The position numbers and the translations under genes are program-made. Source: Candidatus Nanoarchaeia archaeon (lineage in GTDB: Archaea > Nanobdellota > Nanobdellia > SCGC-AAA011-G17 > GW2011-AR17). From it: a stretch of DNA of 64,000 nucleotides. Shown here piece after piece: positions 43,257 to 52,152 of the stretch (within the stretch, counting starts at the first letter, position 1; each line of letters starts with the position of its first letter). The notes beneath the pieces were generated by a model. It made no database searches, was not told the DNA's origin, and was given only the letters and a program-made list of their open reading frames with translations. The stretch spans positions 5,137 through 69,136 of the forward strand of contig JAQTVM010000004.1 of the NCBI GenBank assembly GCA_028706745.1, given 5' to 3'.

Positions 43257-44012
43257 ATGGCTTTATACATAATAGGGCTCGGACTGGGCTCTGAAAAGGA
43301 CATTACTGAAAAAGGACTGGAAGCAGTAAGAAACTGCAACTTCGTCTACATAGACACATACACTTCAATACTTCCCGCCGAACTAAAGAAATTAGAGGAC
43401 TTTTACGGCAAGAAGATTATACCTGCATCAAGAGAATTGGTTGAGAAGCAGGCAGAGGAGGAGATGCTGAAGAAAGCAGTAGAGAATGACGTTGCTTTTT
43501 TGGTTGTAGGAGATGTTTTCTCGGCAACAACTCACGTTGATTTGGCTTTAAGGGCGAGAAAAGCAGGACTCAAGGTTCATCTGATTCACAATGCATCTAT
43601 TTTGACAGCAGTAGGAGATACCGGATTGTCTTTGTACAAGTTCGGAAAGACAACTTCAATACCTTTTGAAAACAAGGATGTTGAAGCGCCGTATGATGTA
43701 TTGAAAGAAAATGCAGGAATGCACACCTTATTCTTATTGGACTTGAAAGTGGAAGAAAACAAGACAATGTCTGCGAAGGAAGCAGTTGATTTTCTTTTGA
43801 AGGTTGAAGACAAGAGAAAGGAAAAGGTATTCACTGAGGAAACAATGTGCGTTGCGTGCGCAAGATTGGGATTTGAAGACGAGGAAATTGTTTATGCGGC
43901 TGCAAAGCAGATATTGAAGGAAAAGATAAGCAAGTTCCCGCAGTGCCTGATAGTTCCCGGCAAGCTCCACTTCATGGAAGAGGAGTATCTGAAGGGCTTT
44001 GAGGTTAAATAG
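43257..44012 (+). CDS. dph5: diphthine synthase
   Basis: MALYIIGLGLGSEKDITEKGLEAVRNCNFVYIDTYTS..., LVVGDVFSATTH. Tetrapyrrole-methylase fold typical of Dph5/DphB. Confidence 0.9.
   Translation: MALYIIGLGLGSEKDITEKGLEAVRNCNFVYIDTYTSILPAELKKLEDFYGKKIIPASRELVEKQAEEEMLKKAVENDVAFLVVGDVFSATTHVDLALRARKAGLKVHLIHNASILTAVGDTGLSLYKFGKTTSIPFENKDVEAPYDVLKENAGMHTLFLLDLKVEENKTMSAKEAVDFLLKVEDKRKEKVFTEETMCVACARLGFEDEEIVYAAAKQILKEKISKFPQCLIVPGKLHFMEEEYLKGFEVK
43932..44008 (+). repeat. 77-bp direct repeat, left copy (authentic in-frame 3' end of dph5)
   Basis: 76/77 identical to 46874-46950. Confidence 0.9.
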
Positions 44013-44022
44013 CTAAGATGCA

Positions 44023-44628
44023 TTATAATACCTGCATTATTTTTTCTACCAAATCTTTTTGGATTTTTGGAATATCTCTATTAGTAATTATTAGTTCCAT
44101 TTCACAATTTTGTTTTAATAGTTCATAATAATTATCTCGTATTTTCTCAACATTTCTAATGTTTGTTGAGAATAATGATCCTATTCCTGTAATTGCATTT
44201 CTGCTTTGGCTTCTGCTAAAAGATTCTATGGTATTGCAATCTAATAAAAAGGTTAAATTAGGTGTTGGCGCCCCATATTTCTTGTTTATATTTAATATCT
44301 CTTGAGACCTTAATCCGCAGCTTGTTTGGTATGCGGCACTCGTATAATAATATCTATCAAATATCAATAAATCATAATTAGACTTACGAAAATTATCCTT
44401 AAATGTTTGTGCTCTCGCTTTTGCGAACCCCTCTATATCTTCGATTGAAAAAGGCAATTTAGGTCCTTTTGTTTGATACCATGCTTCTACCTCTCTTTTG
44501 AAGGGCTCATAATGTTTTTCTACTATTCCTAATGTCCTAATCTTAGTATTCTTGAAATATTCTATGAGTAACCGGAATTGTGTTGTTTTTCCGACTCCGC
44601 TGCATCCTTCCAAGCATATTAGATCCAT
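44023..44628 (-). CDS. thymidylate/dNMP kinase-like P-loop kinase
   Basis: MDLICLEGCSGVGKTTQ (P-loop as in Tmk) and IFDRYYYTSAAYQ (Tmk DRY..S..AYQ block). I chose the start at 44628; the longer track ORF would overlap the divergent gene. Confidence 0.65.
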   Translation of the reverse strand: MDLICLEGCSGVGKTTQFRLLIEYFKNTKIRTLGIVEKHYEPFKREVEAWYQTKGPKLPFSIEDIEGFAKARAQTFKDNFRKSNYDLLIFDRYYYTSAAYQTSCGLRSQEILNINKKYGAPTPNLTFLLDCNTIESFSRSQSRNAITGIGSLFSTNIRNVEKIRDNYYELLKQNCEMELIITNRDIPKIQKDLVEKIMQVL

Positions 44629-44692
44629 ATTATAATCACGGAGTAGTGAATAATGGTAAAGTTTATAAACCTTTCTTATATCTCTCAAAGGC

Positions 44693-46132
44693 ATGGCAAT
44701 TGAAGACATAATAACAGATTATACAAGGGCTAAAGACCTTATAAGGGCAAATACCTTGTTTAAGGCTTCAAATAGTGAATATGATGGTATTCAGATGGTC
44801 TTGAATTATACCCATGTAATGGAAAGTGTAGTAAAAGACTTGTTTAATATGTCCGCAAATGGAATAAAAGGGATAGGGGTATTTCTTTATGGTTCATTAG
44901 GAAGAAAAGAGATGGTTAGTGAATCTGATGTAGATATGCTTATTTTACACGAAGAAAAAGGTGAGGGTACATATAAGGAAATTAAAACACGTTTTAAGCA
45001 ATATGTTAAACCCTTTCAGTTTTGTAAAATTGATCTTCCGGAATGGGGCAACTTGGCTGAAGCGGAAATATTCGCACGAAAAAGTATAACCGAGGGGAAT
45101 CAGGTATTGGAAGCTAGATTCTTAAGCGGAGATAGAACTATAGCTAATAAAGTTGAGGATATACAAAAAATGTATGCAAGCCCAGAGAGGATGGTTAGAA
45201 ATATAGTTTTCCAAAAATTTTACTTTGAGCAGTATTTCAAACAAAGAGTAAGGGAAGGGAATGTAAATGTCAAATATTGTCATGGTGGGAGCAGGGATCT
45301 TATGTTCATAAGTTGGTTTGATACGCTTATGTCAAGAAAGTACGATAATTGGAAACAAACAAAATCAGAATCGCCAGCAGCACTTGTAGGTTTGCTTAAT
45401 CTTTATAATAATGGATTAATAGATGCACTAACGTTAAGCAGGGATATAGAAGCCCTAAACTTTAATCTTATATTAAGAAATGAAATACTGCAAGCTAATA
45501 AGGGGACTTTTGATGAAGGATTGACTTTTATGGACGATATTACAGCAATGAAAGTATTTAGCAGAATATCTGATTTTATGGGCTATATGAAGATACGAAA
45601 TCATCAGGAACTTAGAGAAGAATTTAATAGGCAAAGAAAACATATTAATGATGTTAAATCTCTTATCTGGAATCAGATGATAACAGAAAAATCCAAAGTT
45701 TTTGGGGCTAAATGGGGTTGCGATTTCAAAAGGGCATATGCTGAATCTACTCCTGAAAAAGAAAGAGCAAAAATTGCTAAAACAGATGACTTATTAATTA
45801 GAATTGCAGCAATTTGGGGAGCAACTAATTCAGGGCAGCAAAGATTACTTAGAAAACTTATGGAAAAGGAAAGAGATACTGATTCTTGGGAGATACAGGC
45901 CTCCTTTGCAACAAGCCCTTTTTGTACACCTGACTATTTGCATCATTTAGGTACTGGTCTGGCAAAAGAAATAGGCTATGGTTATATATTGAGGATAATT
46001 TGCAGAAATCCGAATGTATCTATGGAAACATTAAAGAATATAGCTAATGATACTTCTTTGGAGAGCAGATACAAACAATTAGCAGAAACTGCCTTAGAAC
46101 ATGGAAAGGATGCTGCTAATCATCAGGTATGA
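44693..46132 (+). CDS. GlnD-like nucleotidyltransferase (stand-alone, no HD/ACT domains)
   Basis: FLYGSLGRKEMVSESDVDMLIL matches the GlnD/GlnE-type GxxGRxE...SDxD motif. NVKYCHGGSRDL matches the GlnD N(I/L)K..PGG.RD block. A ~250-aa C-terminal region is uncharacterised. Confidence 0.6.
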   Translation: MAIEDIITDYTRAKDLIRANTLFKASNSEYDGIQMVLNYTHVMESVVKDLFNMSANGIKGIGVFLYGSLGRKEMVSESDVDMLILHEEKGEGTYKEIKTRFKQYVKPFQFCKIDLPEWGNLAEAEIFARKSITEGNQVLEARFLSGDRTIANKVEDIQKMYASPERMVRNIVFQKFYFEQYFKQRVREGNVNVKYCHGGSRDLMFISWFDTLMSRKYDNWKQTKSESPAALVGLLNLYNNGLIDALTLSRDIEALNFNLILRNEILQANKGTFDEGLTFMDDITAMKVFSRISDFMGYMKIRNHQELREEFNRQRKHINDVKSLIWNQMITEKSKVFGAKWGCDFKRAYAESTPEKERAKIAKTDDLLIRIAAIWGATNSGQQRLLRKLMEKERDTDSWEIQASFATSPFCTPDYLHHLGTGLAKEIGYGYILRIICRNPNVSMETLKNIANDTSLESRYKQLAETALEHGKDAANHQV

Positions 46133-46872
46133 AAATGAAACTAAAAGTAATAACTAATAATATCTGGAGATATTACGAGTGGGAAACTCGAAAAGACAAG
46201 CTTATAGCTTTCCTAAAAGAGAAGAATGCAGATCTTATTTTCCTGCAGGAAGCCGCTTATGATGAAAGAAAAAAGTGGAAAAATCAGGTTCATGAGATTA
46301 ATGAAGCATTAAATTACAAAGATTTTGCTTTCGGAAAATTAGCTGATATGACCAAATGGCACAAAGAGCCCATTAATTGGGTAATGCATATTGGGCTGGG
46401 AATACTTTCAAAATATCCCCTTAAATATTCAGAAGTTGTTCTATTGCCTATTTATCCGCAATTTGGAGATAAAAAACAGTTGGGATTCTATCATGTGGTT
46501 ATCAATACACCTGAAGGAGATATGGACCTAATTAATGTTCATTTTTCCAATAATAATGAATCTGCAAAATTGCATTTAAAGGAAACACTAAACTGGTGTA
46601 AGGAAAGGAATATTAAGCCGATAATTGCAGGCGATTTTAACATAAAGATAGTTGGACATTTGCTGGAAGAATCGCAAGAAGAATATGAAATATCTTACGC
46701 TATTAAGTCCTATAAATCTTTCTATCCAACAGAATTTTCGCATGATAAAGAGCCGATAACATTGGATTATATACTAGCTCACAAGAATAAATTCCGGATG
46801 ACTGATGTAGAATGCATAGATACAGATATTTCAGATCATAAGCCTGTGATGGCTATAATAACTATTATCTAA
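46129..46872 (+). CDS. EEP (endonuclease/exonuclease/phosphatase) family protein
   Basis: 4-nt overlap with the nucleotidyltransferase gene. Motifs: DLIFLQEAAYDE, GDFNIK, ISDHKPVMAI. Confidence 0.7.
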   Translation: MKMKLKVITNNIWRYYEWETRKDKLIAFLKEKNADLIFLQEAAYDERKKWKNQVHEINEALNYKDFAFGKLADMTKWHKEPINWVMHIGLGILSKYPLKYSEVVLLPIYPQFGDKKQLGFYHVVINTPEGDMDLINVHFSNNNESAKLHLKETLNWCKERNIKPIIAGDFNIKIVGHLLEESQEEYEISYAIKSYKSFYPTEFSHDKEPITLDYILAHKNKFRMTDVECIDTDISDHKPVMAIITII

Positions 46873-46873
46873 G

Positions 46874-46950
46874 AAGTTCCCGCAGTGCCTGATAGTTCCC
46901 GGCAAGCTCCACTTCATGGAAGAGGAGTATCTGAAGGGGTTTGAGGTTAA
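46874..46950 (+). repeat. 77-bp direct repeat, right copy (orphan dph5 3' end)
   Basis: It still encodes KFPQCLIVPGKLHFMEEEYLKGFEVK plus a stop. It differs from the left copy only synonymously (GGC/GGG, and just outside the repeat AAA/AAG and TAG/TAA). Confidence 0.9.
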
Positions 46951-46955
46951 GTAAG

Positions 46956-47471
46956 TCAATACTCCTGCAGTATCAGCGAAGCCTTGGCCACAAACTTTCG
47001 TGCATTCTCAAAAATTTCATCAAGCCTTCTTTCGCTGTAAGTCTTTATGGCTGAATACCTTGCAATCCTGCTTTCTGTTTTTGCATCCTCAAAATATTTC
47101 ACGTATTCGTCCTCAAATATCTTGTAAGACTGGCTTAGCAGTTCCAAATCTTCCTTTTCCATTTCATTAGGCACGCAAAGATATCCCAATGCAGCCTGGC
47201 AGGCGTCGTGGGTGTGCACTTCGTACCCTTTTGACAGAATCAGCGCCTTTGCGCAGTAAAGCATTGAATAATAAGAGATGATTATTGCCCAGTAATTCCA
47301 GTAAATCTTGTCCGCTTCCCCTTTCTTCGGCTTTATGTCCTTGTTGTGCTTTGCTATTAAAAGGCTGTTCTCGCCTTTCTTGAGAAAAAGCTTTATCTTG
47401 AAGAATGAATCTGATTTTGTTATAAGCTGCTTCCGCTGCATTTCATTAAAGATTTCCTTATACTCATCCAT
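46956..47471 (-). CDS. HEPN-like protein, partner of MNT at 47464
   Basis: 8-nt overlap with the upstream nucleotidyltransferase gene when started at MDEYKEIF. The helical protein has KGYEVHTHDACQAAL, similar to the paralog segment HGYESQNHECTITAV at 51643. Confidence 0.55.
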   Translation of the reverse strand: MDEYKEIFNEMQRKQLITKSDSFFKIKLFLKKGENSLLIAKHNKDIKPKKGEADKIYWNYWAIIISYYSMLYCAKALILSKGYEVHTHDACQAALGYLCVPNEMEKEDLELLSQSYKIFEDEYVKYFEDAKTESRIARYSAIKTYSERRLDEIFENARKFVAKASLILQEY

Positions 47472-48030
47472 ACACGCACTCCCAGAACCCTTCCGGATTG
47501 TTAAGCAATATATGGCTTTCAAGCGCCTGCTTCCCGACATTTTCCACTTTTTCCCTTAGCATCTGCCTTAATTCCTGCTTTGCAACGAAGATTGCATTGA
47601 TTTTCTTTTTGAACATCACTTCATATTTAGAGAATGAAATGCTTCTTTCGCCTTTAGTGTTGACAACCAGTATGTCTATGTCCGAGCTTTCCTTTTCCCT
47701 GCCTTTTGCATAGCTGCCAAAGAGCAATACAATGTCTTTTGTGTCAAGCTCTGACGCAATCTTTCTTATTATCGGCTGTTTCTCAAGAAAATCATTCTTT
47801 TCCTCTTCAGAGCTTACGGCTAGGTATGATTTTATAACGGGATTTGAGGTACTAAGCGAGACAGCCTTTGCCTTGCCGATTGCATCAAGCACAACAATCC
47901 CTTTCATTTGATTAATCGCCCTGTGGAATGTGGCATAGGGGATTTTAACTGCCTTGCTCAATGCGTACATTGTAATCTGCTTTCCCCTGTGCTTTCCGAG
48001 CCAGTTTATTATCTTCATTTTATTATCCAT
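47464..48030 (-). CDS. wHTH-fused minimal nucleotidyltransferase (MNT-type)
   Basis: LLFGSYAKGREKESSDIDILVV. The N-terminal MYALSKAVKIPYATFHRAINQMKGIVVLD is HTH-like. Confidence 0.75.
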   Translation of the reverse strand: MDNKMKIINWLGKHRGKQITMYALSKAVKIPYATFHRAINQMKGIVVLDAIGKAKAVSLSTSNPVIKSYLAVSSEEEKNDFLEKQPIIRKIASELDTKDIVLLFGSYAKGREKESSDIDILVVNTKGERSISFSKYEVMFKKKINAIFVAKQELRQMLREKVENVGKQALESHILLNNPEGFWECVYG

Positions 48031-48268
48031 TTTCAGATAATATTATCCATTATTGATATATAAACCTTGCGGATAAGCATTATCTGCATTAATCAGCGTG
48101 TCTCTGCTTTCCCTTAATAAGGATTGCTGTAAAAAAACGCGTGTTTTTCCGGCATACCTTGGAAAATCCAACAGGCGCACTGAAAATGGTTTAAAAACAA
48201 ATGCAAAAATGCATCAGAATTTCCAACCTCTCCGGAAGGCTTTATTTTTCACGAGGGGAAATCTGCGC

Positions 48269-50029
48269 TCACTTTCTCCAGTTCTGCATCAAAACAAAAA
48301 CATCGCCAGAATATTCATGCCTCATCTTGTAATAAGTTGTGTCTTTCCTGCCTAACTTCATAAGCTTTACTTTTCTTTCTGTGTTGCCAAAAGCCTCTTT
48401 TGGCCCGTAATTGATTCTTGCGTCATTGCATACCACTTGTTTTGCTCCAATGTCCATTCCAAGCTCTATTGCCGCAAGGCACATTGCTTTTATCAAATCC
48501 TTGCTTCCGTCAAAGTTCTGCTTTGGCGGCTCTATTGTGTCTATAGCCAAAACAGGCTCATTCTTGTCATTTCCCATTAAGAACATCCGCACATACCCTT
48601 TTATTTCATTATTGTGAAATGCCGTAAGGCATATTGCCCCTCTGTCGCTTAAGTCCTTGGAATAAAATTCAATGCCTCTTTTGCGTATGCATGACTCGGC
48701 AGCCTTGGTTGCTGCCTGCATCTCTTCGGCATTTTTTGTAAGCCTGAACAAGTATTCGCCTTCAATCCTGTATTCTTCAGGATGGAATTTTTCAGCAACA
48801 AGCTCAAGGGATTTTGTTTTTGGATTTTTCGGCTTTGACTGGAGCATTATTTTCATCTCATTTATCATTTCCTTCTTTATTTCTCTTTTTTCATCGCCTG
48901 AAAGGCTGCCAAACCTGTTTTTGAGCATTATTCTGCCGATTTTTTCATCAAGCCTCTGCCTTGTTGCCTTGGAAATTGCGCCCATGTATTCATCCATGAC
49001 AAGGCTGCCATCATTGTCAAGCACTCTTTTTATAAGCTGCACTTTTTTTTGCTCTTTTTCGCTTGAAACTGTTTTTTCGCAGTATTCTGCAAAGCTGAGC
49101 GCAAATTCATCCCGCATTAATTCAGGCTTTATTCCTTTTTCTCCGCCCACTGCATATTCTTTGATTGCAATAGCGCTGATATCAAACCCCATTCTTGCAA
49201 ATGGAATCCAGCCCAGCCTTTTTACTTTCTCTGTATTTACTGAAAATTCACCTGGTTTTCCGCATATTTTTTCAAGAAGTCCGCATTCATCTGAAAAAAC
49301 ATAAGAGCCAAGCTGCCTGTAAGCCCCATACTGGAGCCCCTGCTTAATTTCTTCCCTGATTCCCCAATCAATTGCCTTTTCCACAATCTTTTCTGCAATC
49401 TTTTCATCAGTCATTCCGCAGGTGCGCATTGATTCTATGCAGTCAATGGCTCTCTTGTCATCAAGGTAATTATTATGAATATGCTTCGCCATTTCAGGCA
49501 GGGATAAGTCTCCGTTCTTTTTTATCAGTTCTTCAAGAACGAATGCATCACGGCGCTCAAGATATGAATCAGCGTATCTTCCTGCTTTTGCAGACAGCTT
49601 TTTAGCAAGCATCAATGTGTATTCCAGAATTCCGTTTTGAAGCTCTTTTGGGCTCATTTTTTCATAATCCTGCATTCTTGCCCTTATTGTCCTTATTCCC
49701 ATTAACGTATCTTTTACCAGCCTTTCCTTATACTGCTTTAATGTGAAAGTTTCCATTATTGGAATACGGCGCGTATGAACCCTTTCTTTTGTCTGCCGGG
49801 TTATTTGGTAATATACTTTTGAGTCAAGGCTTGAACTTACATTGTCTTCATCTTTTTTTGGAATGCGGTCAATGAAACTCTGCATCAGCTCGTCAGAATA
49901 ATATGCGCTTGAAAATTCTGAGTATGAAAATTGAAGCAGTATGCTGTCCAGCTTTTTATCGTCAATGGTATTGATATCAGCAAAATGCTGTGACAGTGCA
50001 ATCAGTCCTTCTTCGCTTAGTATTTGCAT
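48269..50029 (-). CDS. large hypothetical protein (586 aa)
   Basis: I chose the start at 50029 (MQILSEEG), which is preceded by a GGGGGT SD. The longer track ORF would overlap the divergent promoter. No catalytic motif recognised. Confidence 0.6.
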   Translation of the reverse strand: MQILSEEGLIALSQHFADINTIDDKKLDSILLQFSYSEFSSAYYSDELMQSFIDRIPKKDEDNVSSSLDSKVYYQITRQTKERVHTRRIPIMETFTLKQYKERLVKDTLMGIRTIRARMQDYEKMSPKELQNGILEYTLMLAKKLSAKAGRYADSYLERRDAFVLEELIKKNGDLSLPEMAKHIHNNYLDDKRAIDCIESMRTCGMTDEKIAEKIVEKAIDWGIREEIKQGLQYGAYRQLGSYVFSDECGLLEKICGKPGEFSVNTEKVKRLGWIPFARMGFDISAIAIKEYAVGGEKGIKPELMRDEFALSFAEYCEKTVSSEKEQKKVQLIKRVLDNDGSLVMDEYMGAISKATRQRLDEKIGRIMLKNRFGSLSGDEKREIKKEMINEMKIMLQSKPKNPKTKSLELVAEKFHPEEYRIEGEYLFRLTKNAEEMQAATKAAESCIRKRGIEFYSKDLSDRGAICLTAFHNNEIKGYVRMFLMGNDKNEPVLAIDTIEPPKQNFDGSKDLIKAMCLAAIELGMDIGAKQVVCNDARINYGPKEAFGNTERKVKLMKLGRKDTTYYKMRHEYSGDVFVLMQNWRK

Positions 50030-50123
50030 TTTACCCCCATTTCCCCTTATTAAGTGGTTATTTATAAAGGTTGCTATGGAAAGCAATATAAAGGAAAATA
50101 TTATTTTTTCAAAAGGTGATACA

Positions 50124-50837
50124 ATGGCAAAATACGACATTTTTCTTGATGAATTAGGCAAGATAAAAGACATTGATATATGGCAGTTCACATTATCAGC
50201 TTTGGAAGCTGTTGATGACAAGTTTTACACAGAGCCTGCAAGCAGTTCAGGCAAGTACCATCCGCCTGAAGACAATGGTATTGGGGGCTTGGTAAGGCAC
50301 GTGAAGAAAGGCGTTATTGTGGTAGAGGAGTTTGCAAGAAGGGCGTTGTTTTCTGATATGGAAAAAGACATTTCAATATCCGCATTCTTATTGCACGACT
50401 CGTGCAAGGACGGAGTTGTATGGAAAGGGCACACTGATTACACTCACGGATATATTGCATATGAATGGCTTCAGCAGTTCAAGCTTGAAGATGCATTTGC
50501 AAAGGAAGTTTTGACATCTGCTGTAAGGTTTCACATGGCTCCGTGGGTTTACAGGCATCCCCCTTTTTCACAGGATACCTTTACAAAGAAAGAAATGCTT
50601 GAAAACATGGAAGAGATGCAAAGGGCTTTGACAAACCCCTCAAGGGTTGAGCTTGCTGTCCAGCACGCTGATTATTGGTCTTCGAGGAAAGAGATGTCTT
50701 ATTTGCCGGGAGCGAAGATTGTGGCTGTCCACGACATGACTCCCGAAGATATGGCAAAGTGCTCGCCTGAAGTATTGGCGAAGAGATATGGGCTGGCTGT
50801 TGAGAACGGCGTGTTGGTTCCAAGCAAACCGCAATAG
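50124..50837 (+). CDS. HD-domain phosphohydrolase-like protein
   Basis: GKYHPPEDNGIGGLVRHVK (H...) and SAFLLHDSCKDG (HD). A GGTGA SD precedes the ATG at 50124. Confidence 0.6.
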   Translation: MAKYDIFLDELGKIKDIDIWQFTLSALEAVDDKFYTEPASSSGKYHPPEDNGIGGLVRHVKKGVIVVEEFARRALFSDMEKDISISAFLLHDSCKDGVVWKGHTDYTHGYIAYEWLQQFKLEDAFAKEVLTSAVRFHMAPWVYRHPPFSQDTFTKKEMLENMEEMQRALTNPSRVELAVQHADYWSSRKEMSYLPGAKIVAVHDMTPEDMAKCSPEVLAKRYGLAVENGVLVPSKPQ

Positions 50838-50941
50838 GAAGAGGCAGGGGAAATAAGAGCTTCGCTCCTATCACCTCAAGCGGGCTGAAGCCCGCATGGC
50901 TCGCCCACATTCTGGCTCGCTACCCCTGAACCCCTTTTAGA

Positions 50942-51004
50942 TTATAATTAGGTGACTACAAATGTAGTCACCTAACTGGTATTTTAATTAAAATTGTAGT
51001 CACC
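50942..51004 (+). repeat. 63-bp direct repeat, left copy, containing palindrome GGTGACTAC-AAAT-GTAGTCACC plus a third GTAGTCACC half-site
   Basis: 60/63 identical to 52153-52215. Confidence 0.85.
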
Positions 51005-51071
51005 TGCTAAATTAAGAGTTTAGAAAGGTTTATATAGTTATTCATTATTATTGAATAATTATTCACTTAAA

Positions 51072-51656
51072 ATGAAAGATAATAACGAATCAAGAATACT
51101 CAGGTTTTTGCTTAGAAACAATGCAAGACCCGGGTTTAACATAAACAGCATTGCAAGAAATATCGGGATAAGCGTTGGCAGCGCATTCAAGATACTTAAG
51201 GAGCTGGAAAAAAGCGGCATGGCTTCTGTTGAAAGGCTTGGCAATGCCTGCTTTTACTCGCTTAATCTTGCAAATGAAGAGGCTGCCAAGAGATGCGAGC
51301 TTCTGCTTCTTGAGGAAAAAAGGGATTTAACAGGGCATGCGAAGATTTATGCAGAAGACATACAGAAGTTTGAAAATGCGGAATTGATTGTAATGTTCGG
51401 CTCTGTTTTAAGAAAAAAGGATTTTAATGATGTTGATATTTTGTTTGTTACAGATAAGGCAAGGGAGGCAAGCTCATTCTGCCTTGAAATATCAAAGGTG
51501 CGGGCAAAGCCCGTTGTCCCGATGTTATTGAAAAAAACAGACGCAGTCAGGGAATTGAGGGAAAGGAAAGAGGTTATGCAAACAATTATAAGGGAAGGCA
51601 TTGTTTTAAGGGGCGAACAAGTGTTCATAGAGATTATAAAAAATGGCAGGGTGTAA
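51072..51656 (+). CDS. wHTH-fused minimal nucleotidyltransferase (MNT-type)
   Basis: VMFGSVLRKKDFNDVDILFV. The N-terminal ILRFLLRNNARPGFNINSIARNIGISVGSAFKILKELEKSG is a wHTH. The first ATG is at 51072; the track ORF starts at a TTG at 51051. Confidence 0.75.
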   Translation: MKDNNESRILRFLLRNNARPGFNINSIARNIGISVGSAFKILKELEKSGMASVERLGNACFYSLNLANEEAAKRCELLLLEEKRDLTGHAKIYAEDIQKFENAELIVMFGSVLRKKDFNDVDILFVTDKAREASSFCLEISKVRAKPVVPMLLKKTDAVRELRERKEVMQTIIREGIVLRGEQVFIEIIKNGRV

Positions 51657-52113
51657 GACAAAGCTGGATTGGTGCCTTTCAAAAGAAACAAGGCTAAAGC
51701 GGATTGCTCCTAATCCTGTCCGTTCAAGGGAGCATATTGAAAAGGCAAAGCATAATCTTCTGGCTGCTGATTACAATGCCCAAGGCGGCTTCAGCGACTG
51801 GGCTGTTTCACAGGCATATTATGCAATGTATCATGCGCTTTTGGCGGTATTGTTCAAGCACGGATATGAGTCGCAAAACCATGAATGCACGATTACTGCT
51901 GTTGAACACCTTATCAGGATTAAAAAGGTGAAGCTGGAATTAGGGGATATTGCATTCATAAGGACAGCGGAGCAGATGAAGCCGCAGGATGCAAAATCAT
52001 TAAGGGAAGAGTTTCAGTACGGGGCAAAAACAGATGTGAATAAGGAAATTCTTGATTTTCTTGTTAAAAAGGCAAAAGAAATAGTCGAGAAGGTTGAGCT
52101 GGCGTTGCAGTGA
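51643..52113 (+). CDS. HEPN domain protein
   Basis: 14-nt overlap with the MNT gene. Segments: EHIEKAKHNLLAADYN, AVSQAYYAMYHALLAVLFKHGYESQNHECT. Confidence 0.6.
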   Translation: MAGCKTKLDWCLSKETRLKRIAPNPVRSREHIEKAKHNLLAADYNAQGGFSDWAVSQAYYAMYHALLAVLFKHGYESQNHECTITAVEHLIRIKKVKLELGDIAFIRTAEQMKPQDAKSLREEFQYGAKTDVNKEILDFLVKKAKEIVEKVELALQ

Positions 52114-52152
52114 ATTGTTAGGGAAGAGAAACCCCTGGGCCCCTCGCCCAGT

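Noticed and set aside
44629-44709. N-terminal 27-codon extension of the Tmk-like ORF (start at 44709)
   Set aside because: The extension would overlap the divergent NTase start at 44693 and the shared TATA region. The P-loop begins 6 residues after the internal Met, as in Tmk-family proteins.
43932-46950. Search for an integrase, recombinase or transposase inside the dph5 island
   Set aside because: The three ORFs fill the island. None shows tyrosine/serine recombinase or DDE motifs, so the mobilisation mechanism remains unexplained rather than annotated.
48672-49304. 210-aa ORF antisense within the 586-aa gene
   Set aside because: Low-complexity Ser/Phe/Leu-rich product entirely inside a longer ORF that has a good SD-linked start.
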